From Candidatus Thorarchaeota archaeon (GTDB taxonomy: Archaea; Asgardarchaeota; Thorarchaeia; Thorarchaeales; Thorarchaeaceae), in NCBI GenBank assembly GCA_048882325.1, contig JBHLRS010000012.1, forward strand, positions 31,704-95,703: DNA of 64,000 nucleotides. Reading direction: 5' to 3'. The notes beneath the pieces were generated by a model that ran no database searches, was not told the origin of the DNA, and worked only from the letters and a program-made list of their open reading frames with translations. Every line of letters begins with the position of its first letter. Position 1 is the stretch's first letter. A program made the position numbers and the translations under genes. Shown piece after piece: positions 10,301-17,914 of this stretch.

Positions 10301-10677
10301 AGGTCGATTCTCCGTTTTCCAGCATCAGCAGCTGTCTGAGCAGCCTCAATCAATAGAGCCTTTCCAAATCCCTGTTTCTGGTATTGGGGGTTCACACCTA
10401 AGAGACCCACATATGCTGCTTCTTTGTCTAGACTTGCTTCACACACATTACAATGTCCTACTATCTTGTCTTCTGTGTGAGCCACAATCACGCGAATATC
10501 TTTTCTCTTCTTCCAGTCATCAAGCACTCGTTGTGCAGTGAATGGATTGCCGCCTGTGAATCCTCCTGGCCAACTGTCAGAGTCATCGAAGGAGTTCAGG
10601 CATTCCGCAAGCCGACCACCATCTTCTAGTGTAAACTGGAAGTCGCGTACCTTACCTTGTGTATGTGTATCACTCAT
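7372..10677 (-). CDS. Very large GNAT acetyltransferase fused to multiple beta-sandwich domains (~1100 aa)
   Basis: N-terminal GNAT motif A (VNPQYQKQGFGKALL) and N..AL.LY...GY. The rest is beta-rich. Start placed at ATG 10677 behind gagagga. Confidence 0.8.
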   Translation of the reverse strand: MSDTHTQGKVRDFQFTLEDGGRLAECLNSFDDSDSWPGGFTGGNPFTAQRVLDDWKKRKDIRVIVAHTEDKIVGHCNVCEASLDKEAAYVGLLGVNPQYQKQGFGKALLIEAAQTAADAGKRRIDLHTWAGNLKALPLYKRTGYNWVPGTRVLMESHIPGIIGNPMFKDFFEKYHWYDSFKREIRQEVDDIVENDIGVFKYHFEGENSDLLDITVDREAKGICGFHLSLGGQTLSAKVQPSVHTGYIGYGKVPVELTIENGRETDLSYNISVTPEKNVDIHLSENSAGVVPAGESFKTTGHYSISNTARPIERETNADEKVPTYGEWSIELGEQSITLYSGLIPAEAVTVTPGPLYPTLRPLGNEEVGLGARNNTSVDLKGEMVLSPPEQVKVTPLKIPFKLKPGQVFEETLSIEVEGEIGHLLSLGFSLSLEDEGSLVTVVSKQFNIPVLGMKGAVAYKSMDDRVILETQDIRAIMNTRPTQGFVGFEYKPLNRYVGGWSVMGVEVGYPFPGEGGEWSRLTPKIELEYCTEYADVRLTGDYQERAGLHQTLTYRLHSGPNLLETISKLENRGTSPIENFGLRCIGWFGGVFDQGYVPLRGSIYCLDSVDWGGWRQLPKPAKEYHESWMAMHRHQERYLIGYIWESEHAKDARLIRGWDVSRVEYSLPDLEPGETITKKPLSMYIGDGDWRKVRALYRELNGIIDPVTEIVDIRSDLEVEITPKSSSQMRKVPSPILVDKAKENEHELRLRLIHETPIGAEFRLRLPDGLTVDGKSEIEFKAEEIGLDKPFAYPLRISVSDESTWFRKNGEIEIRFKSRIFRLPLTAVVFDSSATVEREITEVEGVHLHTLNTSGYSISACPEHGGTLVRYGEEGAKSVLYDTFPEVGPWVWSNRVHSGLSPLFVGWNVWDWETALQKEIWSISDMKSGPWVGYKTTSTFQHSPGLKGVEVSMTYLILPGTPLLSVTASFSNTSKQWKRALLGFRGIPMPGGDGCSFVYTEKEGHRLIYEPHTSGVDMFVGRSGWGALKSPSDGTVLGIISAYKSDEMMYIDTLSEKAQIFGVRERRALKPGESTDIVSYLVISKDVDTVEMLKALPERIE

Positions 10678-10755
10678 GAGCGTTGTCCTCTCAGAAATCG
10701 TCAATCAAGCCGACTAGAAGTTGTTAAAGAGGTTTACGGACCAAGTACTTCCTGA

Positions 10756-11400
10756 TTACATATCTTCCCTAGCAGCTGCTTTTTTTGCTTCTTTTTCTTC
10801 CTTTGCTTTCTCCCGAAAATAATCCTCCATCTTCTGTTCTAGAGCAATTATGTACTTCACATCAGAGTATTTTGTTTGCACAAAGAGTTCAAAGATACCA
10901 AAGAGGATGAGCATGAGAAATACATGAAGGAAGAGCAATCCTAAGTATATGATGGTAATCAGTTCAAGTATTTGAGCGAAATCACCAGCTAAATCTAAGA
11001 TGAATGAAGCGGCCCTCGTCCAGATCATTTGGGTGACTATCAAAGAGATATATCCTGAAATCAGAAGCTCATAACGATGTATTCGATAATACTGTAAGAA
11101 CCGATCGGTCTCAAACTCAGGAATCATGCTAATTCTAGTGATATAAGGAATAAACTGATTCTGAAACCATGTGGTTCCGGTAGTAATCCCATAGAAACCA
11201 CCAGTAATTGCCAGTAGTAATGGAGGCATTGCACCAAGGCGCAACCCCCAAGACACCCATCCTTCGGAGAGACTCAGAATCGAGATAATAATACCAATGA
11301 TGATGTGAGCGACAAAAACGTAGAGGTGATAGGGATCGGGCTTTGGATGTTCAAGTTCAGACCATTCATATTCTCGCCCTTCACTATCTCCAGAGTCCAC
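10756..11400 (-). CDS. Hypothetical 4-TM membrane protein with charged C-terminal helix
   Basis: Four hydrophobic segments; ggaggt SD-like sequence upstream of GTG. Confidence 0.6.
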   Translation of the reverse strand: MDSGDSEGREYEWSELEHPKPDPYHLYVFVAHIIIGIIISILSLSEGWVSWGLRLGAMPPLLLAITGGFYGITTGTTWFQNQFIPYITRISMIPEFETDRFLQYYRIHRYELLISGYISLIVTQMIWTRAASFILDLAGDFAQILELITIIYLGLLFLHVFLMLILFGIFELFVQTKYSDVKYIIALEQKMEDYFREKAKEEKEAKKAAAREDM

Positions 11401-11529
11401 TTCAGAACCTCCGAGGGATTTGAAGTAGATAGTGTAGTATGTCTATTAATCCATCGTTGCGTCAAGTCCATTCCTTTCCAAGCTTTATGTGACGTTGCAC
11501 ATCTGAAAATAGAAAATATCTACTGTGAG

Positions 11530-11572
11530 AGTGAAAGAAAAAGAAGAGAAGTGAGGGGAAATCCCCCCAAAT
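11530..11572 (-). terminator. Hairpin plus pyrimidine/U-rich tract after the 14908-11578 operon
   Basis: Minus strand reads GGGGGGATTTCCCC then TCACTTCTCTTCTTTTTCTTTC just after the stop at 11578. Confidence 0.55.
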
Positions 11573-11577
11573 CAAAA

Positions 11578-12339
11578 CTAAGTAAAGATGGCGTCTATGC
11601 CACCAGTCGAGGTTTCAATGACAACAGTGAGTGTCTGTGAAGCTGTGTCATAGTCCGATGACTCGTAGTGGTTAGAGGTAATCTGTGTCCAACCAGTAGC
11701 AGTGATGTCAACACTACCAATGCCAGTGGCACATTCCACACTTCCTCCAATACCAATCGGAAGATCGACAATGACTTTGACACCGCCTGTGGTAGCTTCC
11801 AAGTCAAATGTGGCATTACCTACTAGGACAACAGCATCAGTCATCCCAAAATCAATACCACCAGTCTCCGTTAAGATTGAAATGTCTGCGACATGTGCGC
11901 CAGCAACCAGATCAACATCGACACCACCTGTTGAAACATCTACATCAATAGTATAGTTGAGACCACTTCCAAGTGTGATATTCACACCAGCAGCTGTATA
12001 GTCAAGTGCGATGATGTTACTCGTAAAGGTGACTGATGGCGCTCCATCCCTCTCCAGAGTAGTGTTCTGGACCCGCATTTCAATGTCGTACAACAGAGTA
12101 GCATTGTCCACGAATGTTATTGCGACACCACCTGTTGCTAGGTTGATGTCCAAGGTTACTGTACCAGTGGTGGCTCCGACCTCAGCATCAAATGAGAAGT
12201 CGGTGGAAGCTGTACTCCAGTTAAACCAGCTATTGCCATAGAAGGATAGTGCTCCTACCCCAATAGCGCCTATAATAATAACTGCAAATATACAGACAAC
12301 CATGCTTGTGTTTCTTTCATAATTACTCATTTCATACAC
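11578..12339 (-). CDS. Membrane-anchored beta-strand-repeat protein (DUF4097/LiaG/toast-rack-like)
   Basis: N-terminal TM, then repeated [S/T]TGG[V/I].V/I motifs. Confidence 0.75.
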   Translation of the reverse strand: MYEMSNYERNTSMVVCIFAVIIIGAIGVGALSFYGNSWFNWSTASTDFSFDAEVGATTGTVTLDINLATGGVAITFVDNATLLYDIEMRVQNTTLERDGAPSVTFTSNIIALDYTAAGVNITLGSGLNYTIDVDVSTGGVDVDLVAGAHVADISILTETGGIDFGMTDAVVLVGNATFDLEATTGGVKVIVDLPIGIGGSVECATGIGSVDITATGWTQITSNHYESSDYDTASQTLTVVIETSTGGIDAIFT

Positions 12340-12958
12340 CTTTTCTGTGAGACCTTAGGAATGCGTGCCATTTCGACCTCAGGTCTCTATATTGCGAATC
12401 TTCTTCCAGAGCAAAGCGACGCATGATTCGCGAAGCATCGCCTCTAACAGAGGACTGCAGTCTATCGTAGTCCTCCTCATTCACGATAAGATTACGAGAA
12501 CTAATTTCGTTCTCGTGATCTATCAATGCCGTCATCAGTTCCATGCCCTTCTCAACCTGATCCTCTGGAACATCTATACCATAGACTGAGAGGCTTCTAA
12601 TTATGGACTTCAGGCGTTTTGTTGTGTCATCCCCAGTGGCTTGTACCATTTCACTGATACCCATCCTGTACTCACGTGCAGATGCCCGATAGTACCTCTG
12701 GACTATGCCTGTCTGAGTCTGTTCTGTTCGTTCTTCAAAGACAAGACCAACCTCCTTCAGCTTCTGTATATGGTGAAGGATAGTACCTGGATTCTTGCCT
12801 GTCACCTCTGATAACTGTTTGACCGTCATCGAGTCTTTCACGAGATAGTCGAACATTATCTTGGCTCGTGTTGGCTCCATTAGTAGTTTGATCAGGTTCT
12901 TGTCTTCAATAACTTCCATGTCTTTTATTCGTCGTTTTCGTTTTTTGGAGCCGCTCAT
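12332..12958 (-). CDS. ArsR-like winged-helix transcriptional regulator
   Basis: PTRAKI...MTVKQLSEVTGKNPGTILHHIQKLKEVGLV...YY. Confidence 0.9.
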   Translation of the reverse strand: MSGSKKRKRRIKDMEVIEDKNLIKLLMEPTRAKIMFDYLVKDSMTVKQLSEVTGKNPGTILHHIQKLKEVGLVFEERTEQTQTGIVQRYYRASAREYRMGISEMVQATGDDTTKRLKSIIRSLSVYGIDVPEDQVEKGMELMTALIDHENEISSRNLIVNEEDYDRLQSSVRGDASRIMRRFALEEDSQYRDLRSKWHAFLRSHRKGV

Positions 12959-12960
12959 TT

Positions 12961-13920
12961 TTACAGTCCTCCTATAAAGGTTGGACCACTCTCATCTTCA
13001 TCTTCTGTGAGGATGTAGTCTTCGTCATCTGCCGATAGAATCATGTATGCTCTTGTGAGACCTATGGACAAGGCAGGTAGTAGAATGAATATCAAGAATA
13101 AGATCATTACAAGTGCGTAGATTCCCAGGGCTACTAGGATAGAGGTGAGTCCGATGTTGTTCCACAAGAATGGAGTTGCCATGAGTATCAATGGTGCAAT
13201 GAGTGCAAGGATGAGGATGATGTAGGACAACCACACTCCAAACACTCGATCAAAGTACTTGATTCCCATGCTAACTGACTTCTTTGCTGCAGCAATAACC
13301 GAATGACCATCGATTATGGCAGGGAACATCATTGTCATCAATCCTGAACTAAATGTGAACCATACAACACCAAGGGCAGCGAGAATTGGATTCATTGAAC
13401 CTATTGTTCCTCCACCAATGAATGCAAGATTCAGGATTTGATCTCCAAACAAGGCCACTCCGCCTATGATGACTAACATGACAGGTCCCAGAATGAAGAG
13501 GAACACCATGATTCCTCCACCTGCGAGTGAGAAGAATTTCTTTCTATACCATGTAAAGACACCCTCTGCGGAGGTTCCTTCACTTTCCACTATCTCGCGG
13601 CTCATCCCGAAAAGCGCTCCAGTTGCTACAAAGAATGGCGCAACAAAGGGGAGTGCCAGGAGAAAGATGCCAGTAGCGATTGTTAGTCCGTTTGCAGTAT
13701 TCCAGGTATTGAATGACTCTGCCCAGATTGTAAAGCCTTCAATGCCCCCTGGAGTCAGAAACATTGGAACAAATACAAACGCCGCTACGATAGCTATAAG
13801 GATGAAGGTGACGATAAAGACTCCAAAAATCGCAAGCACGTAGGAAATCACGTTTTTCATTGCAAACCTAATGCTGATCTTCAGGTCATCAAGAAGAGTC
13901 TGAAAGCTCGCGTTTTTCAT
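12961..13920 (-). CDS. Polytopic membrane protein, paralog of 14000-14908
   Basis: ~6 TMs; shares GMS..V..G...AE..F...R.KF, P.....G......S......YFDRV.G with the upstream gene. Confidence 0.75.
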   Translation of the reverse strand: MKNASFQTLLDDLKISIRFAMKNVISYVLAIFGVFIVTFILIAIVAAFVFVPMFLTPGGIEGFTIWAESFNTWNTANGLTIATGIFLLALPFVAPFFVATGALFGMSREIVESEGTSAEGVFTWYRKKFFSLAGGGIMVFLFILGPVMLVIIGGVALFGDQILNLAFIGGGTIGSMNPILAALGVVWFTFSSGLMTMMFPAIIDGHSVIAAAKKSVSMGIKYFDRVFGVWLSYIILILALIAPLILMATPFLWNNIGLTSILVALGIYALVMILFLIFILLPALSIGLTRAYMILSADDEDYILTEDEDESGPTFIGGL

Positions 13921-13947
13921 TGTTTATTCACTCCGATAAAGTTGGTA

Positions 13948-13986
13948 GGAGAGTGTCTTATCAGTTTCCATCAAAGGACACTCTCC
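13948..13986. other. Intercistronic stem-loop (perfect 10-bp stem)
   Basis: GGAGAGTGTC (13948-13957) pairs with GACACTCTCC (13977-13986) between the two paralogous genes. Confidence 0.6.
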
Positions 13987-13999
13987 AGATTCATCGCAC

Positions 14000-14908
14000 C
14001 TAGACGATGGGCATATCGACAACACTCTGTGTTGCGATCTCTCCACCAGTGAGTTCTTGGTATACCTTAACCCAGGCGATCCTAACCATAGGCAAGAACA
14101 GCAAGAGCCAGAGAAACACCATAATCACTGTGTAGAGTCCAACAGCTACGAATAGTGGGACGAATGCCAGCGCGACTGATGGTAGAGTCGAAGCAAAGCT
14201 TAGACCAACGGCGATAACAGGACCGACGGTGGCGGCTAGTAATAGTACAATAGCAGTCAACAGACCGTATACACGATCGAAGTACTGGATGGAAAGAGAG
14301 AATGATTCCCTAAAGGCGTCCTGTACACCTTTACCACTAACAACAGCAGGCCAGACCAGTGAAGTCAAACCAGCGGTGAAGTACACCCACACAAATGTGA
14401 ATGCAGCGAGGAGGTAGGAGGCTGGCGCGGTTATTACGTAACCCATCGCATATGAGGTGAGTCCCCAAGCGATGGTTGGTGGCAACAGAACAATGATAGT
14501 GAGAATAGCTCCAGCACCAATGAATGGTAGGAACTTGTGACGGAGATAGGAGAATGCTAGCTCAGCCTTTGTTTCACCCTTAGTGACCAGATCGTGACTC
14601 ATCCCGTAGATTGAGCCGCTAACAACCATGAAGAGTGAGATGAGAGGGACTAAAACCAGAAGACCGATTCCTCCGGCGAGGAGTGGGTTGGCAGCGGCCC
14701 AGTCAGCTAGAGCACTCATTGTGGCGTTTGTGAATGGCGCGAGGGCAACCCATACTACTACGAGTACGGGGATTGCGATGATTCCAAGAAGAATCACCAT
14801 GACGATCAACATGCCTAGATTAGCAAGGAAATAACTTAGCATGCTCTTCCAAGCAAGCTTGAGGCTTGTCTTCATATCGTCGAGAATGGTTCCGAAAGTT
14901 GTAGACAT
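14000..14908 (-). CDS. Polytopic membrane protein, paralog of 12961-13920
   Basis: ~6 TMs; N-terminus FGTILDDMK.SL..A.K is colinear with its neighbour. Confidence 0.75.
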   Translation of the reverse strand: MSTTFGTILDDMKTSLKLAWKSMLSYFLANLGMLIVMVILLGIIAIPVLVVVWVALAPFTNATMSALADWAAANPLLAGGIGLLVLVPLISLFMVVSGSIYGMSHDLVTKGETKAELAFSYLRHKFLPFIGAGAILTIIVLLPPTIAWGLTSYAMGYVITAPASYLLAAFTFVWVYFTAGLTSLVWPAVVSGKGVQDAFRESFSLSIQYFDRVYGLLTAIVLLLAATVGPVIAVGLSFASTLPSVALAFVPLFVAVGLYTVIMVFLWLLLFLPMVRIAWVKVYQELTGGEIATQSVVDMPIV

Positions 14909-14941
14909 TGTTTACACCATATTATTGTCCGCAAACGCTTA

Positions 14942-15036
14942 GCTTGTTACTTACCAAACGTTTGACACATATCAAACTATAACTCATTCCCTTATAAATT
15001 GTTTGGTGAACGCCAAACGTATCAATAACATCAAAC
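14942..15036. promoter_or_regulatory. Two pairs of 18-bp GTTTG-N8-CAAAC boxes flanking the minus-strand TATA box of the membrane-protein/ArsR operon
   Basis: GCTTG-ttacttac-CAAAC 14942-14959; GTTTG-acacatat-CAAAC 14960-14977; TATA cttataaa 14991-14998; GTTTG-gtgaacgc-CAAAC 15001-15018; GTATC-aataacat-CAAAC 15019-15036. Confidence 0.72.
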
Positions 15037-15960
15037 GTTGGCCTTCTCGCGTTCTCTAACCATCTGAACTAGCTTCTTGTGACGATAGCTCGAGAAGTAC
15101 TTGTGGTAACCCCCAATCAGAGCTTTCGCACTAGCCACATGCTTGTTCTGTCGAATTACCCGGACGGTTTCAGTGAGGTCGGTGAGATCATCAGCTACAA
15201 GAAGAGTGAAGAGAATAGGCTCAGAGGCAGAGACATAGGTTTCCCAGTGCTTGAGAGCAAAGTCTTTACTCAACCAGTCGGTGATGGTCGAATAGGTGAC
15301 CATCTTCTCGTCCCACGTGATTCTAACAATATATGGCAGACTTGTAGCAGCACCAAGCTCAGCCAAAGCGCTGAATCGGATAGCTCCACTCTCTTCTAGC
15401 TCTCTGATGAGTCGTCTCACTCTGCGAGCTGTTAGCCCAGTCTTCTGAGCGATTTCTACGATGGGAAGACGTGGATCCTCAAGGAGAGGTTCCAAGACAC
15501 GAAGATGAGTCTTGGTCAAATTCATCTTATCTCCCCAAGTTCGTATGAATGTGTGAAGCTCCGCTGTTTGTACACCATCAAGTGTCCTGAGAAATTTACC
15601 AAGTTCCTGTAATTCTTGAAGACCGTTATACTCAGCCACCAACGCATAGACACCATCGGTGTAGGCTGCAGCGGCTAACACGTTCCTACTAGAACCTATC
15701 TCGTCAACCATCTCGACCTCATCACGGGACCCATCGGTTTCAAGAAGTGCAAAGAGAAAATCAGTATCAGTCATTGCTGGTGAAAGTGCTATCGAGTATC
15801 CAGAGATTACACCAGATTCTTCCAAGTTCATAATGCGTCGCCGAATTGCATTTGCGGATATTCCATACTTGCGTGAAAGTTCTTGGTAACTGATCCTACA
15901 GTTCCGTCGTAGGTCAATCAGAATGCGCTTATCCAGTTCATCCAAGAGTCCCACTTCCAC
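15031..15960 (-). CDS. Tandem (double) Lrp/AsnC-family transcriptional regulator
   Basis: Two HTH-RAM units: LDELDKRIL..L..NCRISY..LS...G.S...I..RI..LEE.GVI and L.....R.L..L..DPR.....IA...G.....V...I..LEE.G.I. Confidence 0.9.
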   Translation of the reverse strand: MEVGLLDELDKRILIDLRRNCRISYQELSRKYGISANAIRRRIMNLEESGVISGYSIALSPAMTDTDFLFALLETDGSRDEVEMVDEIGSSRNVLAAAAYTDGVYALVAEYNGLQELQELGKFLRTLDGVQTAELHTFIRTWGDKMNLTKTHLRVLEPLLEDPRLPIVEIAQKTGLTARRVRRLIRELEESGAIRFSALAELGAATSLPYIVRITWDEKMVTYSTITDWLSKDFALKHWETYVSASEPILFTLLVADDLTDLTETVRVIRQNKHVASAKALIGGYHKYFSSYRHKKLVQMVREREKANV

Positions 15961-16029
15961 ATGAGCTTGCTATTCTCCTGTGGGCATGATATTGAAATTT
16001 ATGCATTCCTAACTACGCGCAGGTCAGAT

Positions 16030-17280
16030 TCATGTGGCAACAGTTTGACGAAGATGACTCAAAATGGCCTCTCCTGTAGAATACCTCTGTGTCTTGTTCT
16101 TCCGAGCATCATACACCACCCTCTCAATTGTTAAGTCTTGATCAATCTCCTCCAAAGCCTTGTTAATTTCAGAAAGTTGATCCTTTGATACGTATCGCTT
16201 GACTCCCATGGCTGTGAGGATTTTGTTACCATAACTTGTGAGCCAAAGAGGAAATAGATCTACTCTACCGGATCTGTCAAACAAAGTCACCTCCTGGATT
16301 TCAGCTGGCCTACGTGACAAGACAGAAGGAATGAGGACACTACCCGGAGTCGTGGATAGCGCGTTTAAGTCGAAATAGAGGGTGCTGCCGCCACGCCTGA
16401 GTTGCGCATCAAGAAGATGTATCATCTCAGTGTATAGATGCTGAATGCCATTATCGTAAGACCCATCCTTCAGTAGGAGTTTTACAATATCTCGAACCCT
16501 TCCATCGTAACATGCGAGTTCAGGCATACCAAATGCATCAAGGATAATCTTCTGGGCCTCAAACTCCACGCCAATTCTCAGTTTCTTTGATAGAGCCACT
16601 AGATGCTTCTTGACTTCAGCCCATCCAAACTCAGTAACGAGCTCACGATATGATCTTGGCGAATATCTAATCTCTGTGTTCTTGTCATAAAGCCATTCTG
16701 GAACCTTTCCAGCCCTATAGTCTGTGAAGAATGCAAAGAGTCTGTCATTGAGGTTGGGAGGAACATTACTCATGAAGGAATCAATAACGAGTTTGGGTCT
16801 CTGCCCCCTGTGTCGCAGTTGGAGCACTGCAGAACTCAACTGCTTGAGCTGCATTAGTGGTGCGATATTGATCTTGGGAAAGGAGTTTTCCTGCAGGTAG
16901 AGGTAGACTAAGTTTTCACAACCAGCCAACGGTGTGAGGTCGACTTCCTTGAATCTATTATGAGACAGGTCTAAATGTCTTAGGTTCTTCAGGTTCTGAA
17001 GAGGTGTGAGGTCAATAGTTTCAAGCTTGTTCACGGCAACACTCAGATATTCAAGACTCTCACAACTTTCTAGGGGACTGAGGTCGATATCCGTTAACCA
17101 GTTTCCACTGATATCAATTCGAATTGGGTTGCTTATGTCTTCAACCCACTTCAGGTTTGATTTTCGAAGGAAGAATTCACTTCCCTCATCCGCAGGAGTC
17201 TTGAAGATGAAATGATAGTTCCGGTTAGGTGCCTTTGCACAACGTACAACCAGTAATAGCTCATTCTGCATGTTACCCAC
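16030..17280 (-). CDS. Leucine-rich repeat protein with unassigned C-terminal domain
   Basis: 4-5 LRRs, L..L.LS.N.L..IDL.PL. Confidence 0.85.
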   Translation of the reverse strand: MGNMQNELLLVVRCAKAPNRNYHFIFKTPADEGSEFFLRKSNLKWVEDISNPIRIDISGNWLTDIDLSPLESCESLEYLSVAVNKLETIDLTPLQNLKNLRHLDLSHNRFKEVDLTPLAGCENLVYLYLQENSFPKINIAPLMQLKQLSSAVLQLRHRGQRPKLVIDSFMSNVPPNLNDRLFAFFTDYRAGKVPEWLYDKNTEIRYSPRSYRELVTEFGWAEVKKHLVALSKKLRIGVEFEAQKIILDAFGMPELACYDGRVRDIVKLLLKDGSYDNGIQHLYTEMIHLLDAQLRRGGSTLYFDLNALSTTPGSVLIPSVLSRRPAEIQEVTLFDRSGRVDLFPLWLTSYGNKILTAMGVKRYVSKDQLSEINKALEEIDQDLTIERVVYDARKNKTQRYSTGEAILSHLRQTVAT

Positions 17281-17386
17281 CTCTCCTGTATACTAGTCGA
17301 TAGTTTCTGTATATTAAGCACCCAAAACTATCCAGACTGAGAACACTAATAGACATTCAAGCCAAAGGTTGAATGAAGTGATGTAG

Positions 17387-17914
17387 GTGGACTATTTCGT
17401 AGTAGGTTGGACTCTTGCAATTGTATGGATTCTAGTCCTTTTTCTTGATTGGATCCAGTCCTTCATCATTGGACCCGAGAGAATTGCACGAATACTTTGC
17501 AGGGTCTTCAGCAACAGAATTCGTAGTTTGCTAATATATTGGCCACTGTACACCATAACAACAGTTGTGTATATTCAGGGTATAATTGAAACCCGAACAA
17601 TTGTAACTGATGGTCTAATATTCCAAGCATTCTTTGAACTTCCAATCTCACTTTTATTAGTACCACTCATCGTGTACATGCATACAGATGAGGAGGATGT
17701 CATAGCTAGGTGGGTTGAATATAAGCTTCGAAAATCTGAAACCCTCGAAGAGGATGTGAAATCGCTTCTTGTTAGGAAGGACAAAGAAGCGGATCCAAAT
17801 AGAGCAAAACTACTTACTAGTGTCATTCGAACAGTCTGCCGTAATGGTGACACATTTGGATACAATGTCCGCAAAATTGTTGAGGATCACGAACAATCTA
17901 GATTAGCTTCTTAA
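17387..17914 (+). CDS. Hypothetical 3-TM membrane protein
   Basis: Three hydrophobic segments and a soluble helical tail; stop overlaps the pepF end. Confidence 0.55.
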   Translation: MDYFVVGWTLAIVWILVLFLDWIQSFIIGPERIARILCRVFSNRIRSLLIYWPLYTITTVVYIQGIIETRTIVTDGLIFQAFFELPISLLLVPLIVYMHTDEEDVIARWVEYKLRKSETLEEDVKSLLVRKDKEADPNRAKLLTSVIRTVCRNGDTFGYNVRKIVEDHEQSRLAS

